From an uncultured Gammaproteobacteria bacterium (GTDB lineage Bacteria; Patescibacteriota; Patescibacteriia; UBA9934; GWF2-40-263): 62,498 bases of DNA. The notes under the pieces were generated by a model that was not told the DNA's origin, did not search any database, and worked only from the letters and a program-made list of their open reading frames with translations. This document shows, piece after piece, positions 1 through 7,671 of the stretch; the stretch's first letter is position 1, and every line of letters starts with the position of its first letter. The stretch spans positions 1 through 62,498 of the forward strand of contig CAYHRJ010000001.1 of assembly GCA_964359095.1 (NCBI GenBank), written 5' to 3'. Position numbers and translations under genes: made by a program.

Positions 1-803
1 CCGATCTCTTTGAGTCCTGTGACGACATAGCCAATCTGTCCGCACTCGAGTGTGTCCGCCGCGATGAGTCCGTTTGGCGTCACAGCACCCACTTCCAGTA
101 AATCTAATTCTGCGTGCGTGGCGATCATCCTGACTTTCTGTCTTTTTCTAAGAGCGCCGTCCACCACACGAACATACGCCATCACTCCGCGGTAGTCGTC
201 GTAGAAAGAATCAAAGATGAGTGCGCGTGTTGGAGCAGCAGGATCACCAGAGGGAGAAGGAATCCGTGTCACAATCGCGTCCAACAATGCCAGCACGCCT
301 TCACCCGTCTTCCCACTTACACTCAAAATCTCCTCGCGCTTACAACCAATGAGTTGCATCATCTCAGCCGCGCGCGCCTCAACATCTGCTGCAGGCAGAT
401 CTATCTTGTTCAGCACAGGAATAATCTCCAGTTCTTCCTCAAGCGCCAAGTAGAGGTTACCAATCGTCTGAGCTTGCACACCCTGTGTTGCGTCGACCAA
501 GAGAATCGCGCCTTCGACCGCGGCCAACGATCGAGAAACTTCGTAGGTGAAGTCCACGTGACCGGGGGTGTCGATTAAATTGAGCGTGTAGGGAGTAGCG
601 TGTAGGGAGTAGGACATCCTTGCAGGCGCCAGCTTAATCGTAATTCCTTTCTCCCTTTCCAAATCCATCGAATCCAAAATCTGCGCCTTCATATTTCGTT
701 TGTCCACCGTCCCAGTCAATTCCAAAAGCCGATCCGCCAAGGTCGACTTTCCGTGATCGATATGCGCGATGATGCAAAAATTTCTGATGCGAGACTGATC
801 CAT
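1..803 (-). CDS. lepA: Elongation factor 4 (LepA) GTPase, N-terminal part. The C-terminus lies left of the window.
   Basis: The minus-strand frame is open to the window edge, with ATG at 803-801. The translation [27 protein letters not shown]...[11 protein letters not shown]...LNKIDLP carries the G1/G3/G4 GTPase motifs in LepA order. Confidence 0.9.
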   Translation of the reverse strand, partial: MDQSRIRNFCIIAHIDHGKSTLADRLLELTGTVDKRNMKAQILDSMDLEREKGITIKLAPARMSYSLHATPYTLNLIDTPGHVDFTYEVSRSLAAVEGAILLVDATQGVQAQTIGNLYLALEEELEIIPVLNKIDLPAADVEARAAEMMQLIGCKREEILSVSGKTGEGVLALLDAIVTRIPSPSGDPAAPTRALIFDSFYDDYRGVMAYVRVVDGALRKRQKVRMIATHAELDLLEVGAVTPNGLIAADTLECGQIGYVVTGLKEI

Positions 804-868
804 AATCGAAGGTATCCTAACGGAAACAGCGCCGACCGTCGAGGAAAAATCCCGTTTGACAACAAAAA

Positions 869-890
869 TCCCGTTTGCATGCAAACGGGA
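869..890 (-). terminator. Intrinsic terminator downstream of the PLP-enzyme gene
   Basis: Perfect 22-nt palindrome tcccgtttgca|tgcaaacggga. On the minus strand it is followed by TTTTTGTTG. Confidence 0.7.
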
Positions 891-900
891 ATCGAGATGA

Positions 901-2151
901 CTACACGGTCTTGAGCGCCTGCTCAAGGTCGGCGATGATGTCGTCGGCATCCTCCAGCCCAACCGACAGGCGGATCATCCCTTCCGAGATACCGAAGCGA
1001 TCCAGGTCGGTGGGAGTGATGTCCGAATGGGTGTGTGTGCGCGGATGTTCGGCAAGCGACTCGGTGCTTCCCAGCGACACGGCGAGCTTCACGATCTTGA
1101 GCGCGTCGAGCACGCGGTACGCTTCCTCGCGCCCTCCGCGAACCGTGAAAGAGAGAAGCGATCCATGTCCCGAGCACTGGCTGCGAGCGCACACGCTTTG
1201 TTCACCACCAGACGTATCCGGGAAGAAGAGCTCTTCCACTACCGGGTGCTTGCGGAGGAACGCGACGATCTTCTCGGCCTTCTTCTCGGCCGCTTCCACG
1301 CGCACCTTGTACGTTTCCAGGCTACGCAGCAGCATCCACGCCGTATGCGGATCGGCCATGGTACCGAAGATGGTACGCGTCACCTTAACGCTCGCGATCA
1401 ATTCGGCGGAACCACACACGATGCCGGCGATGAGATCGCTGTGCCCGCCGATCGACTTGGTGGCCGAGTGAACCACGAGATCGGCACCCAGCGCGATCGG
1501 CCGGTAGAGCACCGGACCAAGCACCGTCGAATCAACGACGAGCATCGGCCGCGATGCGCCCAGAGCGCGCACGACCTGCGCAATTCCCTTCACGTCGACG
1601 AGCAAAAGCGTTGGGTTCGCCGGCGACTCGATGTAGACGACCTTCACCTTCTGGTCTTTGCACTCACACGCGGCGATCATCTCGGCCACTTCCTCACTGG
1701 AGGCCGTAGCCGGGAACGACTGCGTGTGGATGTTGAACGCGGGGAGCATATGCTCCATGAAGTAGTCCGTTCCGCCGTAGACCGGCGTGGAATAGAGCAC
1801 CATGTCCCCGGGTCGACACAAGGTGAAGAGCGTCGTGATGATGGCAGCCATGCCGCTGGCGCACAGCGCGGACTTCTCTGCGCCCTCGTACATCGACCAA
1901 CGCTCTTCGAAGATCTGAAGGTCGGGGTTGACGAGGCGCGAGTAGATGAGTCCATCTGGCGCGGTCGGATGTCCGTCGTCGAGACCGTACGCCTGCCGGA
2001 ACCAGTGGGCCAGCTGGCCTGCCGATTCCGCCACAAACGTGGAAGTGGCGAACAGGGGCGGCTTCACCGCTCCTTCACTGCGCGCCGGATCATATCCGCC
2101 GTGAAGCGCGAAGGTTTCGGGAGATACGGATGCGGGTAGGTCTTTTGACAC
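901..2151 (-). CDS. PLP-dependent Cys/Met metabolism enzyme (cystathionine gamma-synthase, methionine gamma-lyase or O-acetylhomoserine sulfhydrylase family)
   Basis: Contains the [18 protein letters not shown]-lysine motif and has the family-typical length. The ORF extends to a TTG at 2199. A GTG at 2151 is preferred as the start because it is preceded by AAGGAGGG five nt upstream. The gene is GC-rich relative to its neighbours. Confidence 0.85.
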   Translation of the reverse strand: MSKDLPASVSPETFALHGGYDPARSEGAVKPPLFATSTFVAESAGQLAHWFRQAYGLDDGHPTAPDGLIYSRLVNPDLQIFEERWSMYEGAEKSALCASGMAAIITTLFTLCRPGDMVLYSTPVYGGTDYFMEHMLPAFNIHTQSFPATASSEEVAEMIAACECKDQKVKVVYIESPANPTLLLVDVKGIAQVVRALGASRPMLVVDSTVLGPVLYRPIALGADLVVHSATKSIGGHSDLIAGIVCGSAELIASVKVTRTIFGTMADPHTAWMLLRSLETYKVRVEAAEKKAEKIVAFLRKHPVVEELFFPDTSGGEQSVCARSQCSGHGSLLSFTVRGGREEAYRVLDALKIVKLAVSLGSTESLAEHPRTHTHSDITPTDLDRFGISEGMIRLSVGLEDADDIIADLEQALKTV

Positions 2152-2222
2152 GTACCCTCCTTTATTGCTGGGCGCCTCAACACTAGAACTTACCGACAAT
2201 TAAATCAATGCAGCGCTTGATC

Positions 2223-2680
2223 TTGTCATCCCGACCGAGGAGTCCAACGACGAGCGGAGGGATCTCTAGACCGATGTCTATTCTGTCATCCCGACCGAAG
2301 GCCTGTTCTACAGGCCGAAGCGGAGGGATCCCTAAAGCGCTTCCGACAGATCTTGCCACTCCGGATTCTCCTGGTTGATCAACCATTCTTTCTTTTCCCT
2401 CCTCCACTTCTTCAGTTGCTTCTCACGTTCGATCGCTTCCAAAATGTCACCACAGCTCTCCGCATAGACAAGGTTCGTACAGTTGTATTTGGTCGTGAAA
2501 CCAGGAACCAATTTCTGCTGATGTTCAAAAGAGCGACGTTGAATATTATTCGTCACTCCGATATATAAAACAGTGTGCGAAGGGTTGGTCATGATGTAGA
2601 CGAAATATTCACGATCGCTCATAAGACACTCGAGATCCCTCGGCTTCGCTCCCAGAGGTCGCTCCGCTCGGGATGACAAA
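2223..2680 (-). mobile_element. TIR-bounded 458-bp GIY-YIG cassette, copy 1
   Basis: Starts TTGTCATCCCGACCGAGG and ends GCTCCGCTCGGGATGACAAA, the approximate reverse complement. By eye it is identical to 2696-3153. Confidence 0.6.
2332..2622 (-). CDS. GIY-YIG nuclease family protein (UPF0213-like), 96 aa, copy 1
   Basis: MSDREYFVYIMTNPSHTVLYIGVTNNIQRRSFEHQQ... carries the GIY...YIG...R..EH motifs. The internal ATG at 2622 is taken as the start. The longer 182-aa ORF reads through the repeat. Confidence 0.85.
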   Translation of the reverse strand: MSDREYFVYIMTNPSHTVLYIGVTNNIQRRSFEHQQKLVPGFTTKYNCTNLVYAESCGDILEAIEREKQLKKWRREKKEWLINQENPEWQDLSEAL

Positions 2681-2695
2681 TGGAGGAACCTCAAT

Positions 2696-3153
2696 TTGTC
2701 ATCCCGACCGAGGAGTCCAACGACGAGCGGAGGGATCTCTAGACCGATGTCTATTCTGTCATCCCGACCGAAGGCCTGTTCTACAGGCCGAAGCGGAGGG
2801 ATCCCTAAAGCGCTTCCGACAGATCTTGCCACTCCGGATTCTCCTGGTTGATCAACCATTCTTTCTTTTCCCTCCTCCACTTCTTCAGTTGCTTCTCACG
2901 TTCGATCGCTTCCAAAATGTCACCACAGCTCTCCGCATAGACAAGGTTCGTACAGTTGTATTTGGTCGTGAAACCAGGAACCAATTTCTGCTGATGTTCA
3001 AAAGAGCGACGTTGAATATTATTCGTCACTCCGATATATAAAACAGTGTGCGAAGGGTTGGTCATGATGTAGACGAAATATTCACGATCGCTCATAAGAC
3101 ACTCGAGATCCCTCGGCTTCGCTCCCAGAGGTCGCTCCGCTCGGGATGACAAA
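2696..3153 (-). mobile_element. TIR-bounded 458-bp GIY-YIG cassette, copy 2
   Basis: Direct repeat of 2223-2680 after the 15-bp spacer tggaggaacctcaat. It ends 4 nt before the stop codon of the beta-CASP gene. Confidence 0.6.
2805..3095 (-). CDS. GIY-YIG nuclease family protein, 96 aa, copy 2
   Basis: The translation is identical to copy 1. Confidence 0.85.
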   Translation of the reverse strand: MSDREYFVYIMTNPSHTVLYIGVTNNIQRRSFEHQQKLVPGFTTKYNCTNLVYAESCGDILEAIEREKQLKKWRREKKEWLINQENPEWQDLSEAL

Positions 3154-3157
3154 ACAG

Positions 3158-4561
3158 TTAAACTTCATGACTACTCTGATACTCCGGGATCACCACCTCT
3201 GTCCCCAGCTTGTGTCTCAGGTGCGTAGCGAAGACCTCCTTGGCTTCTGGGTCGCCGTGGACGAGAAAAATCTTTTTTGGAATTACGCCGTCTTCAGGGC
3301 GCAGCCAGCGGGTGAGTTTGTTCATGTCGCCGTGGGCGGAAAACGCGCCGATAGCGCTGACTTGTGCATGAACAGGAATGTCGTCGCCAAAAATTTTGAC
3401 GCGTTTGGCGCCTTCATAAATTTTGCGCCCGAGCGTTCCTTGCGCTTGGTATCCAATGATGAGAACGCGATTTTTGTGATCAGGTAAATAACGCCGCAAG
3501 TGGTGCATGATGCGTCCCCCGGACATCATGCCGGAACCAGCGATGATAATCATCGGTGGAGTCGTGTTGTTGATCTCTTTGGATTCCTCACGGCTGAGCG
3601 TCTCACGCAGATTGGGGAAGCTGAAAAAATCTTTATCTGGTTGCGCAATGAGCGATGCATCAAACTTCAAATAATTTTGAAAGTGGCGATAGAGTTCTGT
3701 CGCACGGATCGCCATGGGGCTGTCGAGAAAAATGGGAATCTTCGTTTTGAGATCCTTCTGCAGCAACTGATCGATCTCGTAGAGCAATTCTTGTGTTCGC
3801 TCAATCGAGAACGCAGGGATCATGAGCACGCCACGGTCGTGGATGGTGTGCTGAATGGCATCGCGCAACATCGAGGAGCGCTGTTCGATAGGTTCATGTT
3901 CACGATGACCGTACGTAGATTCACAGATGACAACGTCTGCGTGAGACATCGGTTCCGTGTCTGGCAGAATCGGTACGTTATCGTTTCCGATGTCCCCTGA
4001 ATACACAAGACGTTTTCCTTCCTCGCCCACCATAGCTCCATTCGGAGCGACGGCGGGAGCGTCAAGAGAAATATAAGACGATCCAAGCACGTGTCCAGCT
4101 TCATGAAACATGACGACGATGCCAGGCGCAACCTCGAGATGCTCGTGATAACTGACGGCCTTCACTTGTTCAAACACGCGATTCACGTCTTCCATTTCAT
4201 ACAAAACTTCAGAGCCACACTTCTCTGCTTCCTCTTTCATGATGTGATGCGCGTCCTCGAGAACCAATTTGGCAAGACCAACGCACGGCTCGACCATGTA
4301 GATCGTTCCGGTAAATCCTTGACTCACAATCTTGGCAAGACGTCCAGTGTGATCTGCATGTGGGTGAGAGACAAAAATCGCCTCGATCGTCGAGGGATCA
4401 AACGCGAACGCATCTTTATTTTTTGATCCGCACATGTGCTCGCCTTGAAACATCCCGCAGTCAAAAAGATACTGTCGGATTTTGCCATTTGCATCCTTCA
4501 CCTCAACCTGGTGGCATGACCCTGTAACCTCTCGCGCCGCGCCGTGGAAGGTTAATTTCAT
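3158..4561 (-). CDS. MBL-fold beta-CASP ribonuclease/nuclease (CPSF/RNase J-like)
   Basis: Carries the HPHADHTG (HxHxDH) motif, and 467 aa is typical for the beta-CASP family. The C-terminal HGD motif is present. Confidence 0.8.
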   Translation of the reverse strand: MKLTFHGAAREVTGSCHQVEVKDANGKIRQYLFDCGMFQGEHMCGSKNKDAFAFDPSTIEAIFVSHPHADHTGRLAKIVSQGFTGTIYMVEPCVGLAKLVLEDAHHIMKEEAEKCGSEVLYEMEDVNRVFEQVKAVSYHEHLEVAPGIVVMFHEAGHVLGSSYISLDAPAVAPNGAMVGEEGKRLVYSGDIGNDNVPILPDTEPMSHADVVICESTYGHREHEPIEQRSSMLRDAIQHTIHDRGVLMIPAFSIERTQELLYEIDQLLQKDLKTKIPIFLDSPMAIRATELYRHFQNYLKFDASLIAQPDKDFFSFPNLRETLSREESKEINNTTPPMIIIAGSGMMSGGRIMHHLRRYLPDHKNRVLIIGYQAQGTLGRKIYEGAKRVKIFGDDIPVHAQVSAIGAFSAHGDMNKLTRWLRPEDGVIPKKIFLVHGDPEAKEVFATHLRHKLGTEVVIPEYQSSHEV

Positions 4562-4998
4562 ACAACCTTATGTTCATTAACGGTAAGCAAGACGGAAAAA
4601 ATCGCGATCGTGAGAATCGTTGCTTGTGAGACAAGGCATAGCAAACACCAGGTCTCAAGAATAAACGCTTCGATCCCTGAGAGATACAGGGCGAAGAGAA
4701 AGCCGCCAATCGATGCGAGCGTGAGAAACTTTGTGAGACTTTTATCCTGAGGATTCTTGAGCTTCATCGCGGCTGCTACGGCAAGAAACAGATAGCCGAT
4801 AACACCCACGAGCGACACAGGGATCCCGAACATGATCGAATACGGCCCTTTGTTCACAACGTCACAATTCAACTCCTCACCGATTGTGCAGAACTCACCT
4901 GAAGCAAACCCTTGATTGTGCAACAAAGAATAAATTGAAACACCAAGTCCCAATAATGAGAGAACGAACAACGTGGTGATAATCTGCTTCTTTGACAT
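4558..4998 (-). CDS. Vitamin K epoxide reductase (VKOR) family membrane protein
   Basis: Multi-pass membrane protein with a loop cysteine pair (FCTIGEELNCD) and a CLLC active-site motif in a transmembrane helix. Confidence 0.75.
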   Translation of the reverse strand: MSKKQIITTLFVLSLLGLGVSIYSLLHNQGFASGEFCTIGEELNCDVVNKGPYSIMFGIPVSLVGVIGYLFLAVAAAMKLKNPQDKSLTKFLTLASIGGFLFALYLSGIEAFILETWCLLCLVSQATILTIAIFSVLLTVNEHKVV

Positions 4999-5001
4999 AG
5001 A

Positions 5002-5388
5002 CTACTCAGATGCTGGTAACTCACAGCCTGTTTTCTCTGCGAGAGCCGTAAGACTCTGCTGGCCACTCAATCGGGATGCATCAGAAAATACCCACGTGGG
5101 ATAACCTTCAATGCCTGCGTCTGTGCATGTTTGATTCATGCTCTTGCTGGCTGTGGAACACTCAACATACGAAACACGATCAAACGCACTTCCAAAAAGT
5201 TTCTTCTGGCTCTGGCAATGCGGACACCACCACGCGCCATACATTTTCACACCGTCGTCCGTGAGACACTGCGCAAAGCTATCATAGGGAGATGGAGCTG
5301 CTTCTTGCGTAGTCGCAAACGCAATGAGTCCAACGACCACAAGAACAGCCGCGCCGTAGAGATAGTAAGCTGATTTGGAATTTTTCAT
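5002..5388 (-). CDS. Thioredoxin-like protein, N-terminal membrane anchor (VKOR partner)
   Basis: Has an N-terminal transmembrane segment and a WWCPHCQ CxxC motif. It lies immediately upstream of the VKOR gene in the same operon. Confidence 0.75.
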   Translation of the reverse strand: MKNSKSAYYLYGAAVLVVVGLIAFATTQEAAPSPYDSFAQCLTDDGVKMYGAWWCPHCQSQKKLFGSAFDRVSYVECSTASKSMNQTCTDAGIEGYPTWVFSDASRLSGQQSLTALAEKTGCELPASE

Positions 5389-5442
5389 AGTGACCTTATT
5401 ATACTTGAAAGAAAACGAAAAGACGACTATCCTCTGCTCGTT

Positions 5443-6498
5443 ATGAAGTTAGACTGGAAAAATCTCCCACGACCGATTATCGCTCTCTCACCAATGGCCG
5501 ACATGACTGATTCGGCATTTTGCCGTACGGTTCGGTCAATAAGTCCAATGAGTCCTATCGGTCCTATTGGACTTATTGTATTTCGAGAAATGGTCAGTGC
5601 TGAGGCGGTCGTGCGACGCAACAACAAGACGCTTGCCATGACCGATATCCACGAAGACGAACGACCAATCGTTCAGCAACTGTTTGGTTCTGATCCTGAC
5701 ACCATGGCTGAGGCTGCACGCATCATCGAGGAACAACATCACCCTGAGGGTTTTGATGTGAACATGGGCTGTCCTGTTTACAAGATCGTCCACAACTTCA
5801 ACGGCGCAGCGTTGATGCGAGAACCGGAACTCGCGACGCAGATCATCAAGAAAATGAAAAAGGCGATCACGGTTCCCATCTCGATTAAGATTCGCACAGG
5901 TTGGGATGATCCACGAGAATGCTTTGCGTTTGCAAAAGTCATCGAGGAAGCAGGAGCTGACATGATCACGATTCACGGACGAACAAAAACTCAAGGATAC
6001 TCCGGACAGTCTGATTGGAATTTGATCGGCGAACTCAAAAAGACTTTGTCGATTCCCGTTCTCGCCAATGGCGATATCCACACAGCGCCACTGAGTCTCA
6101 AAGCGCTCGATCAAACTCAAACAGACGGTATCTTGATCGCTCGCGGCGCACTGGGCAACCCGTGGATCTTCTCACAGATTACGGACGCGCTCGCAGAAAA
6201 GGCGCCAACACAAATCACACTCGAGGAACGCATCCGTGTCATTAAGCAACACCTCGCTTTTCATCTGGAACAATATGGTGTTCAAGGAGTTGTGACGTTT
6301 CGCAAACATCTCTCCTGGTATTTCCGCGGTGTGCCAGGAGCTCGCCCGTTCAAGGAACGACTCCACACAGCAGGAACACTTGAAGCTGTGCACGAGATTC
6401 TCAACGAGATTCTCTTGGATGGACTTCTGCACGAGGCCCTCAGCGACCGCGACGCAGTTAACCCCGTCGCTGCTGAACGTGTGTTCATGACAAAATAA
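5443..6498 (+). CDS. dus: tRNA-dihydrouridine synthase
   Basis: Dus-family TIM-barrel motifs: LSPMADMTD, VNMGCP, IHGRT. Confidence 0.85.
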   Translation: MKLDWKNLPRPIIALSPMADMTDSAFCRTVRSISPMSPIGPIGLIVFREMVSAEAVVRRNNKTLAMTDIHEDERPIVQQLFGSDPDTMAEAARIIEEQHHPEGFDVNMGCPVYKIVHNFNGAALMREPELATQIIKKMKKAITVPISIKIRTGWDDPRECFAFAKVIEEAGADMITIHGRTKTQGYSGQSDWNLIGELKKTLSIPVLANGDIHTAPLSLKALDQTQTDGILIARGALGNPWIFSQITDALAEKAPTQITLEERIRVIKQHLAFHLEQYGVQGVVTFRKHLSWYFRGVPGARPFKERLHTAGTLEAVHEILNEILLDGLLHEALSDRDAVNPVAAERVFMTK

Positions 6499-6507
6499 TT
6501 CGCTCCA

Positions 6508-6598
6508 CGAACGCAGGCTCCCACCGTCGCTTCCGCCGTCGCCAAGGCTATGGCGGACAAGAAAGCTACGGTGGGCAGGAAAGCCTGCGGCTACCTCA
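6508..6598. repeat. 91-bp imperfect palindromic element (PE-A), intergenic copy
   Basis: 88/91 identical to 8056-8146. The arms caggct/agcctg, cccaccgt/acggtggg and tccgcc/ggcgga can pair. Confidence 0.85.
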
Positions 6599-6628
6599 TC
6601 TACCTGATCCACCTCTTCCACCTTTTTT

Positions 6629-7543
6629 ATGACTTTCGGCCTCCTCATTTTCTCTGATCCATCCATGGAACAGTTCACCGGCGCTGAACGATTTGAACAA
6701 GCGGCTGCTTCTTCTGGTCATCAGCTTGTAAAAATCTACGAACCGTTTTTGTCTTTTTTCGGTAAGCGAATCCTGCATGAGAACCAACCACTCCCTCACC
6801 TCGACGTGATTATCTCTCGACCAAACTTTATCGAGGAACCGAGTCTCAGAACCTATGTCGTCCAGAGGCTTCTGACAGCTGGATACAAAATCATCAATGC
6901 ATCTCCAAGTGTTGCCTCAGCTAAAAACAAAATCACTCAGCATATTATCTTTGCTGAGCACGATCTTCCCTGTCCACGATGGGGCGTGTGTCGACGACCA
7001 GAAGACGCACTCAGGATCGCACAAGACATAGGTTTTCCAGTGATTCTGAAAGTCGCATTTGGGACGCATGGCAAAGGTGTCTTCTTCGCTCCTGATGCTC
7101 AGACGTTTCAACCGATCGCCGAGTACCTCGCCATCCGCGATGGCAATCCGATGATCATCGAAGAGTACATTGCCGAGGCGCAGAACAAGGACTTGAGAAT
7201 CTTTGTGCTTGGTGGACGCGTCCTTGCAGCAATGGAAAGGGAAGCGCCAGAGGGAGATGTACGCGCCAATACATCAAACGGTGGAACAGGGTCTCTCACA
7301 ACGCTCACGCAAAAGGAACTGGATCTCGCTGAACGGGTAGCAAAAATTTTTGCTCTCGAAATTGCTGGCGTGGATGTCATCCGTTCATCAAGAGGTCCAT
7401 TGTTGCTCGAAGTAAATTCGAATCCCGGATTCAAAGAGCTAGAGAGGGTAACGGGCGTGGACATTGCGGGAGCAATCATTCATTACGCTGCAGAGGTCTC
7501 TACAATACATATTCCTTGTCAATCGACCTCAACCTGGATATAA
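6629..7543 (+). CDS. RimK-family ATP-grasp ligase (alpha-L-glutamate ligase-like)
   Basis: ATP-grasp signature regions: GFPVILKVAFGTHGKGVF, IIEEYI, DLRIFVLGG, EVNSNPG. An alternative start is the ATG at 6665 (MEQF). Confidence 0.7.
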   Translation: MTFGLLIFSDPSMEQFTGAERFEQAAASSGHQLVKIYEPFLSFFGKRILHENQPLPHLDVIISRPNFIEEPSLRTYVVQRLLTAGYKIINASPSVASAKNKITQHIIFAEHDLPCPRWGVCRRPEDALRIAQDIGFPVILKVAFGTHGKGVFFAPDAQTFQPIAEYLAIRDGNPMIIEEYIAEAQNKDLRIFVLGGRVLAAMEREAPEGDVRANTSNGGTGSLTTLTQKELDLAERVAKIFALEIAGVDVIRSSRGPLLLEVNSNPGFKELERVTGVDIAGAIIHYAAEVSTIHIPCQSTSTWI

Positions 7544-7560
7544 TTTTGCCACCTTAATAT

Positions 7561-7634
7561 TCCAGAGTCGTCTAAAGGCAGGACAGCTGGCTCTGAACCA
7601 GTCAATCGGGGTTCGAATCCCTGCTCGGGAACCA
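7561..7634 (+). tRNA. tRNA-Gln (anticodon CTG), CCA encoded
   Basis: Manual cloverleaf: acceptor tccagag/ctcggga with one A-G mismatch at 4:69, D arm gtct/ggac, anticodon loop cTCTGaa and T arm cgggg-ttcgaat-ccctg. It is a close paralog of the tRNA at 32598. Confidence 0.7.
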
Positions 7635-7671
7635 AAAAACGACTCTGACATCACGTCGGAGTTGTTTTTTC
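7635..7671. terminator. Hairpin with T-run between convergent tRNA-Gln and dnaX
   Basis: aacgactc...ggagttgtt imperfect stem followed by TTTTTT. Confidence 0.5.

Noticed and set aside
1027-2139. 370-aa plus-strand ORF antisense to the PLP-enzyme gene, and similar long antisense ORFs at 5536-6120, 20743-21345, 22047-22679, 23308-23859, 50646-51443 and 54424-54915
   Set aside because: These are shadow ORFs opposite well-supported genes. Their composition is Arg/Ser/His-rich with no motifs, and the opposite-strand proteins have clear family signatures.
2183-3152. ORFs of 74, 182 and 122 aa and possible CRISPR-like periodicity in the duplicated region
   Set aside because: They are read-through or antisense artefacts of the 458-bp direct repeat. 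There are only two long identical units with a 15-bp spacer, which is not a repeat-spacer array.
6172-6678. 168-aa minus-strand ORF spanning the dus 3' end and the intergenic PE-A copy
   Set aside because: It is antisense to dus for most of its length. It is open only because the palindromic element lacks stops.
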